Part shown: positions 40,742-52,700 of the stretch, piece after piece
Layout of the letters: every line of letters starts with the position of its first letter
Position numbering within the stretch: the first letter of the stretch is position 1
NCBI GenBank assembly: GCA_051294375.1
Contig: CM119264.1
Coordinates: 19,723,590-19,787,589 of the forward strand
Reading direction: 5' to 3'
DNA from: Paraspadella gotoi
Taxonomy: Eukaryota; Animalia; Chaetognatha
Length of the DNA: 64,000 bases
Made by a program: the position numbers and the translations under genes
Notes under the pieces: model-generated
The model's database searches: none
Seen by the model: the letters and a program-made list of their open reading frames with translations, nothing else
Told to the model about the DNA's origin: nothing

Positions 40742-43700
40742 ATCGTTTTTTATTTCAGGAAAAAAAAAACATTTCTCACACTTTCTTTTACCTTTTTGGT
40801 TCTATCTGAGTCGTATTTGACCTGTCCTTTATTACTCGGTTTGATATTTTTCTGGTTTTTGCTTGGTCACCTCGAAATTTAAAAAAAAATGAAACGTTTT
40901 TAGTTCTACTTAGCCTTAGGACTCGATTGATACGTTTCGCCCGTTCTTAATATTCGCGTCTTGTTCATCACAATTCGACTCGACATTCAGAAAAAGATTC
41001 TAGTATTCAGGTAGTAAAGATCCCTCGTAGCACTACAATGAACGGGCGACGTCTAGAATGCGCGACTCCCGAGAGAAACACCTTCAGTCCTTCACAGTAA
41101 AACAACCCTTCTTCGCCGGAATCGTCGTGAAATATAAAACTGAATAAAACTCCATCTCGTATCAGCGTTTGATAATAAGATGTCAATGCCAGCGAAAAAA
41201 GGTGACAATATGGACTATCTCGATGAAATTGACCGATCAATAAGCAGTCAATCCGACTGTTTTACGAGATGTTCCGAAAACACAGAAAAATCGAAGAAAT
41301 ATTTAACCATGGATGAAGAATTGTATCTTCTCGCCCGTCCAAAAAAGTTTAGACAAGTTTTAGAAACACAGTCCAGAAACGTGTAAAAACGGACGAAAAA
41401 TAATGCTTGATTCGGTTCAGAAAACGAATAAAAAACGTTTATGACATGATTCTCTCCAGAAGTAGACTTAAATCCAGAGTCGGAATTGACCTTAAAACGC
41501 CCAAAATAAAGGAACGAGTTCAGCTTTGGCCCAAACTTGTGGTTTGGTCAAACAAGTTGGAAGGCAAGAAATGAGGCTAAACGTTTCTTTCATAGAAATC
41601 TTGCAAATTAAGACGGCCAATGGATCAGTCGTAGAACGAATCGTCGAGTTGTTCAACTTGATCAAAACGTTAAATGTGATTTAGCACTGAGTATGCAATT
41701 TTCAAATTCGTCTACATTTGAATATTTTTTATATTATTAAAACAAATTGCTTCTTTTTCTATGTTTGTATTTCTCTTTAATTTTTTTTCAGTCGCTGCCT
41801 CTTCTGATTCCAGAAATGTTGAGCTCTGCAGCGGCTGGAGCTCTCTCTCTCTTTCTTTCTCTTTCTTGCCGTTTGTTTTTCATTTATTTTATGGAAGACT
41901 CGACTATTTATACAAATTTTTCTTTAAAAAAAAAATAGTAATGGTTTTTTGGCAATTATATTACTAAATGATAAAGCGGTAGTAAATCGGTAGCACCATT
42001 GTGGACTCCAAACCTAAAGGACTCCGATCAGACCTCTGGGTATGTCCGGGTATGACATCTAACATCTTTCCGTGGCGGACAATCAGATCCTTCCAGGAGT
42101 GCTCGGGCACAACCCATTCATTGTAGGCATTACGCATGATGCTTGTGGGGAATTAGCCTTCGATCCTACTTGCCCAAAAGAATCGGGTTTGCGTCCTGAT
42201 GAGTCCTGCAATTAAGAGTGTGTATGGTGGACTAAAATCCACCAACCGTTCATCAGCGGCCATTGGTGCCGGAGTCAAGTCATTCGCCTCCTAACCCAAA
42301 GGTCCGGGGTTCTTGCCCGGAGGACGCCTTGCAGTTAAGAGGGATGGGGCGCTTAACCCGCCTGTAACATGGTGTTACAGCCTGATCCGAAGCTCAGGGA
42401 CTGCTTATATTGAATTGTTCTGTCAGTAACAAATAACAATTATCTCTGTCTCTTCATTGGTGAGCCCGACTTCCGAACAAGCAGCATCAACAACACTTTC
42501 AGGCAACATGCCTCAACCTGGCGATGCACTTTCCACCAACAACACATCAGGGGACATGCCTCAACTTGGTGACGAACTTTCCACCAACAACAAAATACAC
42601 TGAAGAGATGCAATAAACTTCTCCCTACAGGAGGGGGGATGTATGGTGGACTAAAATCCACCAACTGTTCATCAGCGGCCATTGGTGCCGGAGGAAGTCA
42701 TTCGCCTCCCAACCCAAAGGTCCGGGTTTCTAGCCCGGTGACCGCCTAGCAGTTAAGAGTGATGGGGCGCTTAACCCGCTGTAACATGGTGTTACAGCCT
42801 GATCCGAAGCTCAGGGGTTGCTTATATTGAATTGTTCTGTCACTAAGAAATAACAATTATCACTGTCTCTTCAGGTGGATCTTTTAATCCACCTGCGGTG
42901 GCCGACCATAATTTTTTATAACTACGCTCATGTGCAAAAAAAACTCCATTAATTTAAATTTTCGTTACTTTATAAAAATATTTTTATAATCAGTCAAGTG
43001 GTTGAGATATAACTTTTTCAATTTGAGCGTTTTAAAAAAAATTAGAAAAGTTTCAGAATTATTTTCTTATCTATTTTATCTTTAAATCTGATATTTTTTT
43101 AAATTTTTTAATAAACGTTAATTTTTAATATTTTTATAATTTTTCATTTTTATTATGTTTTGATAGTTGTTTGCAAAATAATATAATTTTTATATGTTTA
43201 TGACCCGCCCACATTGGCAATTCTGTTCCGTCATGTGACCGAGGGCGTGAGCTCAATTTTGAGTTTTTTTTCTTGCTATCTTTATTTTTTTAAAAATTTA
43301 TTATTTCCTATTTTAATTATTAGTTATTTTTTATATTGTATCGCTTTTGCCCATAAGTGGCGTCGTCGTCGTCGTCGTCGTTCCAAATTATAGATCGCCT
43401 TTTTTCTGATTAAATTTGGGTGTATGAAGCTGAAAATTTATATACAGCTTCTCATCATTTATGTGCTTAAAATTGAGTCTGAATAGTTATTAAATATGTT
43501 TTGTTTACGTTTTAACAAAACAAACAAATTTTCTCTCTTTTATTTTTATATTTCTTTCTCTCTCTCTTTTCTCTTTTAATTAATTGTCTCTCTCCCTCTC
43601 TCTTTTCCCTAGAAAAAAACGAGTTTGCAGCTGGCTCTGCAGGGGCTTATTCTTTTTCTCTTTTCTTCTGCTGCTTCTGCTGCTGCCATTTGATTTTTCT

Positions 43701-46700
43701 TTTTTTCTAGGTGCTTCTGCTCCTGCCGCTGCTGATTCGTCCGAAAACGATTTGGCTTTTCTCTCTCTCTCTCTCTCTCTGCGTTTATTAAAAAAAAAAT
43801 TGAATGAGGATTGAACTCGTAAAATTAGGCTTCGCATTGGTGCATGTTATCATTTTGCTATCACAACAGCGGGTGTTTATTTCTTTCTTTCTTCTCGTCA
43901 CTCTCTCTTTATTTTTATTTTTCTTTTTTTCCTTTCTATTCTTTCTTTCCTTTCTATTCTTTCTTTCCTTTCTAATCTTTCTTTCCTTTCTATTCTTTCT
44001 TTCCTTTCTATTCTTTCTTTCCTTCCTTTTTTTCTTTCCTTTCTATTTTTTTCCTTTCTATCCTTTTTTTTTCTTTCTTTTCTTTTCTTTCTTTCTTTTC
44101 TTTTCTTTCTTTTATATTTTTTCTTTGATTATAATTTTTTTTCTCAAATTTGATTTTTTTAGTATAAAAATTTGTCGTCAATCCAGATTTTTTTTATGCG
44201 ATTGCGACGATCCTTATGCTTTTAAGATTTTTTATATTGTTATTAATTTATTATATAGAAAGCAAAGAATTTTGAATTTTTAAAAATTGTTAAAAATTCA
44301 AAATTCTTTGCTTTCTCTAATACCAATAAACAACGAAAAAGAAAGGATTATCGCATAATTTATTATATAAAAAGTTTAAAAACTGATACAAATTTTAACT
44401 GTTACACATTATAAAAAAATATATTATACTAAAACTTTTACACCCTTTTAATTTTAAATTTTTCTTTTTACAAATTTATTCACTCTATCCCTATCTCTCC
44501 TCTGCTTCTTCAATTTTTTTGTTAATTACTTTGAACTTAATTTTTTCGCTTTCTTTCACGGTAAGGCAGAGAGGATGTGAAAGAAACAAAACAAGTGCCA
44601 TCTCTGAATCTTAAAGTATACCCAGGAGACACATAATGTGGTAGGTCAGTAAAATGTGATAAAGCCAGTTTTTTTTTAAATGTTAATTAAAGTTATTAAA
44701 ATTTTTTTTAAAAAAATTTTAAATCGTTGAGTGAATATGCTTAAAATTTTAATGTATTTACATCTATCATTATTTATAGAGCATAAGCTTTAATTTGGGA
44801 CCTTTTCCAACTTTCTGCGATTTTTTGCTATTGAATTGTAAATAAAAATTATAATTAAAATAAAAAATATTAATCAATCAGTTCTTTCAAACAGATTATT
44901 TCTTAAAAATAAAAGTATAAATATGTTCTAAAAATGCAGTTCTAGTTATTAGGTCCTAAAACCAATTTCTAAAAAAAATTGATTTAAAATTATTATAAAA
45001 ATAAATATTATAAATAATTTTTTTTTGTAATATTTAATTAAAACTTAATCTCAAATAAACTAACAGATAAAATATTAGCTGAGCACTTTAATTCAAAATC
45101 GGTTCCATTGGGATTCCTCCCAACAGAATTCCTCCCACGCGGGATTCCTCCCACGCGGGATTCCTCCCACACGGGTTTCCTGCCCACGGGATTCCTCCCC
45201 AGGGATTCCTCCCAATAGAATTGCTCCCACACGGGATTCCTCCCAAAGGAATTCCTCCACACGGGATTCCTCCAAAGGAATTCCTCCCACGCGGGATTCC
45301 TCCCACACGGGGTTCCTCCCCACAGAATTCCTCCCCATGGAATTCCTCCACGCGGGATTCCTCCCACGCGGGATTCCTCCCACACGGGATTCCTCCCACA
45401 CGGGGTTCCTCCCACGCGGGATTCCTCCCACACGGGATTCCTCCACGCGGGATTCCTCCCACGCAGTATTCCTCCCACCAATTTCCTCCCACACGGAATT
45501 CCTCCCACGCGGGATTCCTCCCACGCGGAATTCCTCCCACACAGAATTCCTCACACGCGGGATTCCTCCCACACGGGATTCCTCCCACACAGAATTCCTC
45601 CCATGCGGGATTCCTCCCACACGGGATTCCTCCATGTGTGGATTCTTCCCATGTGGGATTCCTCCCACACGGGATTCCTCCCAGCTGGCATAATTTGGTC
45701 AACTAACATAATTTTGTCAGCTGGCATAATTTGGTCAATTAACATTATTTGGTCAACCGGCATAATTTGGTCAACTGGCATAATTTTATCAACTGGCATA
45801 ATTTGGTCAACTGGCATAATTTGGTCAACTGGCATAATTTGGTCAACAGCATAATTTGGTCAACTTGCAGAATTTGGTCAACTGGCATAATTGGTCAACT
45901 GGCATAATTTGTCAACTGCAGAATTTGATCAACTGGCATATTTTTGTCAATTGGCATGATTTGGTTAACTGGCATAATTTGGTCAACTGGCATAATTTGG
46001 TCAACTGGCATAATTTGGTCAACAGGCATAATTTGGTGCAAACAGGCATAATTTGGTCAACTGGCATAATTTGGTCAACTTGCAGAATTTGGTCAACTGG
46101 CATATTTTTGTCAATTGGCATAATTTGGTCAATCAATCAATCAATGAATCCCGTGTGGGAGGAATCTCGTGTGAGAGGAAATCAGTGTGGGAGTAATCTC
46201 ATGTGGGAGGAATCCCGTGTGGGAGGAATCCCGTGTGGGAGGAATCCGCGTGGAGGAATCCGCGTGGGAGGAATCCGCTGTGGGAGGAATCCGTGTGGGA
46301 GGAATCCCGTGTGGGAGGAATCCGTGTGGGAGATCCGCGTCGGGAGGAATCCGTGTGGGAGGAATCCCGCGTGGGAGGAATTCCGTGTGGGAGGAATCCC
46401 GTGTGGGAGGAATCCCGCGTGGAGGAATTCTTTGGGAGGAATCCTGTGTGGGAGGAATCCCGTGTGGGAGGAATTCTATGGGAGGAATTCCATGGGAGGA
46501 ATCCCGTGTGGGAGGAATTCCTTGGGGAGGAATTCCGTGTGGGAGGAATCCCGCGGGGAGGAATCCCGTGTGGGAGGAATTCCGTGTGGGAGGAATCCCA
46601 TGGGAGGAATCCCGCGTGGGAGGAATCCCGTGTGGGAGGAATCCAGTTGGGAGGAATCCCGTGTGGGAGGAATACCACAGCCACCTTCAAAATCATATCC

Positions 46701-49700
46701 AGCTTTTAAAAATAATTATGTTTTATTATTTATAAATTTATTTATTTATTTAGAAAATTATATTATAATAATAGCTGACTCAATATTTAATATATATTAT
46801 TAATAAACAAATGTTTAAAATATTAACAAACATAATGCTTTAACTTTTAATATTTATTAATATTTTTTAAAATATTTTTATATTAAAATTATTATTAATT
46901 AAAAAAAACTTATTTTGAAGCTTAATAAGTAGTACAGCATTTTTAGAACATATTTGTATCTTTATTTTAAAGATATAATCTGTTCAAAGGTACTAATTGA
47001 TTAATCTTTTTGAAAAAAAAATTAATTTTTACTTATATTTCAATAATGAAAGGTAATAAGAAGTTGGGAGAGGTCTTAAATTACAGCTTATGCTTTGTAG
47101 ATAATGATAGTCATATAGATACTTAAATCGTAAGCATATTCACTAAACTACCTAAATTTTTTTATAAAAACAATTTAAAAAACTTTAATTAGCATTTAAA
47201 AAAAATCCTGCCTTTATTGAATTTTACTGACCTACCACATTAAGTGTCTCATGAGCATACTTTAAGATTTTATAGGTTTCAGAGATGGCCCTTTTTTGTT
47301 TCTTTCACATCCTCTTTGCCCTACCGTGCTTTTATAAACCCAATTTTAATATTATATCATACTTATTAAATATTTTCTGATGAATATTCATATTAAAACC
47401 GAAAATGTCTGATACCAATATTAATTGTTATTAAACTCAATAAAAACTCCGTTATTTTATGAACAACTAAAAATATTTTTGAATAAAATTAAAGAATATA
47501 TGGTGATTTTAAAAGCTGAAATAAAGTGGCGCGTTTCTTTGCACATGACTGGACGTTATTTGTTTAAGTATTAAAATTTTTTAATGAAAGACTATTTTAA
47601 TTTTGGTGGATACAAGAGAGCTGATATCGTCCTAATTGTTTTCTCCATATTAGGCAAAGAATGGTTTTGTGCATACATTAGAAATTGCTCAAATAGAATA
47701 CAATGATGGAGGAAAATATAGTCTGGTAGCTGAAAACGAATGGGGAAAATGTTTTACGGAGGCACCTGTTGCTGTACAAGGTTTGTTTTTGTTATAATTT
47801 AATAAAAAAAATAAAACCATTATAATAATCTGGGCATTTTTGTATTTATTCTAATCCAGTTTTGAAAAGTTTGAAAAAAAATTATGTGAATTCCTGCTGA
47901 AGGTAGCTGGGGTTTTGAAAGTTTTATTAATTTTTTTTTCTTTAGAAAAGTGTTTAATAAACAACATGGGACCATATATCTGGACAAAACTTAACGTCCT
48001 GCCCTGTCTGAACGATTAGAGATACAATAATAAATTGAGTGCCAAAAGTTTTTTCTGGCTTTATACTTTCATATACAATGAAACAAATTAAATTTTTAAA
48101 CCACTATAAAGCGTCGTGGATGTTTTCAAATCATTTAGTGGTTTTTATGCTCACGCATTGTATTGTATATGATGAAAGCCATATTTGTTAATATTTTTCA
48201 GTGGTCGTTTCTGAAAAAGACAGTTTTATGTCTTATCTTCAATTTACCAGATTTTAAGCTTTTCATAACTATCCAAATTAAACCTATTTAATTTTTTTTC
48301 GGGTAAGTAAAAAAAAAATTTAAGAAGATTTTAATATATATACTTAAATCGTTAAATACTTTATGTATCTCTTACCATTTTGATTTTTTCATTATGCATT
48401 CAGAAATCTTAAAAGATTAATTTATCTTAAAAATCGTTAATATTTTTTTTATAAAAGTAAGTTTTAATAAAAACTAAACCATAATTGTTTTAACCAAAAT
48501 GCAAAGTACACCTTGCCAGAATGATTATTATTATTATTACTACAAATAAGTATTTCCATAAATATTTTTCTGTTTTGTCTTATAATAGGATATGATTTAT
48601 CAAAGAATTTCAAAACAATTAATATATCGTCTAAAAGCTAAGAAAGTATTATTTGAATATTTGTTCAGATTTTAAAATTCATTAATGATTTTTAAAATTT
48701 TGTCTAGATATATGGTCCCACCCCTGTATATTTTTAAATATGTACTACATTACGTTGTAGTTTACGAGAGCGCTAAGATAAACCAAAATATGAAATTAAA
48801 AGTGCAAATACTGTTTTAGATATATCTGCTATTTATATCAATATAACAAAAGTAAAATTGATTTTTTTTATGGACGAAGGAACAATAAGAACAATATGCT
48901 ATAAATTTCTAAAATGATTTTGAAAATTTTTATAAATATAATATAATAACTTTACATTTGGCATTTTACATTACATTTATGGGATCATTTTGGTTAAACC
49001 TAAAACGGAGAACAATGATTCTTATAAATTATAGTGCCGCCAATAGTTAAGAAGCCATTAGAAAATAAGGAAGCGCATCATCACAAGCAACTTGTTCTTG
49101 AATGTTTCATTCATGGTTATCCTGCTCCTGATATCAAGTGGATGAAGGATGGAAAAGAAATCAAGCAATCAAAGGTATCTCCTCCTACTTTTTTGAAACT
49201 TTTTCAACAAAAACAATTAGGGAATTGTATACGAAAAAATAATGATCCTAATTTGAAAAGAAAGCAGTATAACCCATTGCAGAAAGCTATTTTATACTTA
49301 CAAATTATCTATTAAAGCTTAAATAGTTTTAAACTTCCTTTTATTGAACTCAGGAAATCGTTTTCAAACAAAAATTGAAAGAGCAGCTTTACCAACTTAT
49401 ATTCAAAGACCCTTTGCCTGTAGATTCTGGAAAATATGAAATTATTGCCAAAAACAATGTTGGAGAATGTAATACTGAATGCAACTTAAAAATTACTTCT
49501 CCCCCATTTTTTGAAAAACCACTAAAAGATGTGGAACTCGGGTAAGAAATGTTATGTATAGACTTGTGGATAAGGCGCTTAGTGGGCTGAAGAGTGCTCT
49601 CCGCAACTTCTTTCAACCCCTCTAGCAGCCATGGAACGGGTCCTGGGCTTAAAAGTTATCCCCCTAAGGTGGTTTACAGCCGTCCTCACTAAGGCGGAAC

Positions 49701-52700
49701 AGATTACAAACTAACAGAAGTTCGGTATAAATATTGTTAATGTGTTTATTAAAATAAAAAAAAATTAAGATTTATTTTATGGAAGCATGGAAGCTATTTT
49801 ATATTATCCGAATACGGATTCTCATAGAGCTTGAAAAGTTAGATGAAGGTTATTTATACAACTTTTTAAAATTTTAATGATTTATCTATGAAAATTACAA
49901 AAACTATAAAATTTAATGAATGATGATGATGATTTTTTTAAGATTTTTTCAAATTTTAGCCTATTTATCATTAAAATTTTAGAAATTTGTAGTACTAACC
50001 TTTATCTAACTTTTTGATCTTTATCAGAATCCATATTTAAAAATTTAAATTNNNNNNNNNNATGTTAAATTTTGGCCTGCACGCATCCCGAAGGGTAAGT
50101 ACTAAGGCGAGCCAAAATTGATCACTTTTTATCATTAAGAGTTCTGTAATATAAAATTCATTTGTCCATCATATACTTAATCAATATTTAATATCACTTT
50201 TTTAACTAGTGAAGCACAGTATAACATTAAAGCATTTAAATATTTATCAATACATAGGCAAAATTTTTTTTTTCTAAAAATGTTATTTTTTCAGAACGGA
50301 TTCAGATAGCCCATAAAAAGTTGTCTACACAAAGTATAATGCGTTTTTCAATATTTTGATGATAAGTGGGTCAAATAATGGAAAATCATCATCTTCATCG
50401 TCGGACCATAATTGTTTTTTTTGCTAATTTTTTTGTTGCTAATTTTAAGCAATAAAACAAAAAAAATTGGAAATTTTGTAGTAATATTTTTTATTTATTA
50501 TTTCAATCTCTACACGAATCCGATTTTAAAAAATCTTATTTTGAAAAAAAAAATTTTCATGATTTATAGTAATACAATAAACTTTAAATACTTCTATGTT
50601 ATTAATTATATATAAAATCTTAAATTTTTTTTAAATTTCGTCATCCCACAGGGATGTTCTAACGTTATTTATATTACAGAACTCTTAGTTTTTACTTTAT
50701 TCCGCCCTAGTAAGTACCATTGGGGATCGATCCCGGAACCGAATGGTCATAAGCTGATGATATTACTCAAGAAACCGCAATATCACGACAGAGTTATGCT
50801 CATAGGCGAGGAATTTTATTTTTAAAAACGGACATTTTTCAGCTTTGATACAAGCCTTCTTCATCGTAAAAACTGAGTTGTAAAAAAAATTTAATTTTGT
50901 ATATCGATCTTTTCCAATGAAAGAAATAATAACAAGATGTAATTCTTTCGCTCATTTGCTTTGGTAAAGGAGATCAACCTTCACTTTGTGAACTATTTCA
51001 TTTTTTTTAATTTGACTCAATATCGCAAACAAAAAACAACCAAAAAGCTCGAATTTTTTTTTTTAGTATTGGTAAAACTATTCAATTGGAATGCAACTGT
51101 ATTGGAACTCCAGAACCTGTTGTGAAATGGTTTAAAGATGATAAGCCTCTTGAACTTGATGGAGATCGCATACGAATAAAGGTAAATTTCATTATTGTCG
51201 CATTATTGTCTGAATTAAAAGTAATATTCTATTTAGAGCGACAAAACCAACCACATTTTGATAATTACAAAAACTACTGAAGTAGATGCCGGCTCATATA
51301 AAGTGATAGGTGAAAATGATGCAGGATATGCTGATTCAGTTGGAAGGATCGCCGTTTTTGGTAAGATTAGGTTTTTAAAATATTCTTTATTTTTCTCTAT
51401 AGACTCATTCTTATGGAATAAAAAAAATCAAATTCATGTTGATATTTATACGAGTAGCCATAACCGATCTAAGTTAAATGCAAATTCATATAGTGTCAAA
51501 ATAATCTATTATAAGCATAGATTATAATGTTAAAATATTTTTTTTTAAAATATGCTTTCTTCTAAGTCTAATTAAAATAATTATATTACTATATAATGAA
51601 AAAAAAATTGAAATACTTAAATATTGGATTCTGTTAGAGAATAAAAAGTTAGACAAAAATTATAATCACGTTTTAAAATTATCATGTTTTCCCATTAAAA
51701 GTTTTAAAGAAAGATTTTTTGAAAGATGAAGATGATAATTTTTTTATTTTTTTGAAAAGTATCATATTAGTGAGTACTATTCTGTAATTATTTTTTTTTA
51801 CAAAAATAGTAGCCCAGTCAGGTTATTTTGTAAATAGTACTACCCTTATATAATATCAGTTTCAAAATATTTGTTTTAATTCTGAGAACAGATTCAAATT
51901 TTTTGTAAAAAGTTGAAGAAAGAAAATATAAACCTTTTTCAAAAATGATGTCATTAAGTAGGTTAAAATTATAAAAAACTATATTTTTAAGCTGGAAATT
52001 ATAAATCGGCGTTTTAAATATAGTTTTTTATATTTTTGACCAACTTAATGAAAAAAAATTTAAAAAATAATTATACTTTCTTATATAAACTTATTGCAAG
52101 GAATCCAAATCCGATCTTAAATTTTAAAAAATTTCATTTTGAAATTTTAGACTATTATATACTTATTATTATATATAAATATAGCTCACTGGTGCCCACT
52201 AAGGCATAGTGAAAGTAACATACGAAAATTTTAAAAGTCAATTATGAACAACATACCATCAGTGAACATTAATTTGTAAAAAAAATTAATTTTATTTTTT
52301 AATTTTTGCAGTAGGCTAAATTTATATATAGTACTATCCTTATTCAAATTTCAAAATAAGCTTTTCTTAAGTTTGATTGCAGATTTGAATTCCTTATCAA
52401 AAGTTGATAAGAAAATATAAATCATTCTTAAAAATTCTTTCATTAAGTGGGTTAAAAATTATAAAAACTATATTTAATATATAAAAAGTTAATTTTAAGC
52501 TTAAAATATAGCTTTTTCTCATTTTTGACCCACTTAATGAAGGAATTTTTCAAAAAGAACTATATTTCTTTTTTATCAACTTTTATGACAAATCTAAATC
52601 TGCAAAAAAATCTTAGAAAAAACTGTTTTGAAATTTTAACATTTATTGGTTTAGTACTAGTATAAATATGGCCTACAGCATAAATTGTAAAATTTTTTTA

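Larger units (their letters stand above)
49565..50810 (-). mobile_element. Family-2 LTR copy interrupted by hAT MITEs and an assembly gap
   Basis: TGTGGATAAGGCG... end at 49565; tRNA-like part resumes after 50717. Confidence 0.6.

Noticed and set aside
40925-40975. Minus-strand TGATGA...GAAAC motif
   Set aside because: Lacks C3 and a convincing stem II; likely chance.
42196-42215. CTGATGAGTCC hammerhead-like start
   Set aside because: No GGAC-GAAA partner downstream, even after removing the TRIM.
42256-42327. Functional tRNA-Gly gene
   Set aside because: The anticodon and D stems do not pair, there is no T-run terminator, and it is embedded in an LTR. Treated as tRNA-derived.
43804-44283. 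159-aa hydrophobic ORF
   Set aside because: Translation of a pyrimidine-rich repeat.
45110-46672. CRISPR-like appearance of regular short repeats
   Set aside because: Head-to-tail units without unique spacers, no cas genes, and a eukaryotic intron context.
45038-46803. Many 120-315 aa ORFs in all frames (GGIPCGRNP/WEESRV repeats)
   Set aside because: They are translations of stop-free minisatellite arrays on both strands, not genes.
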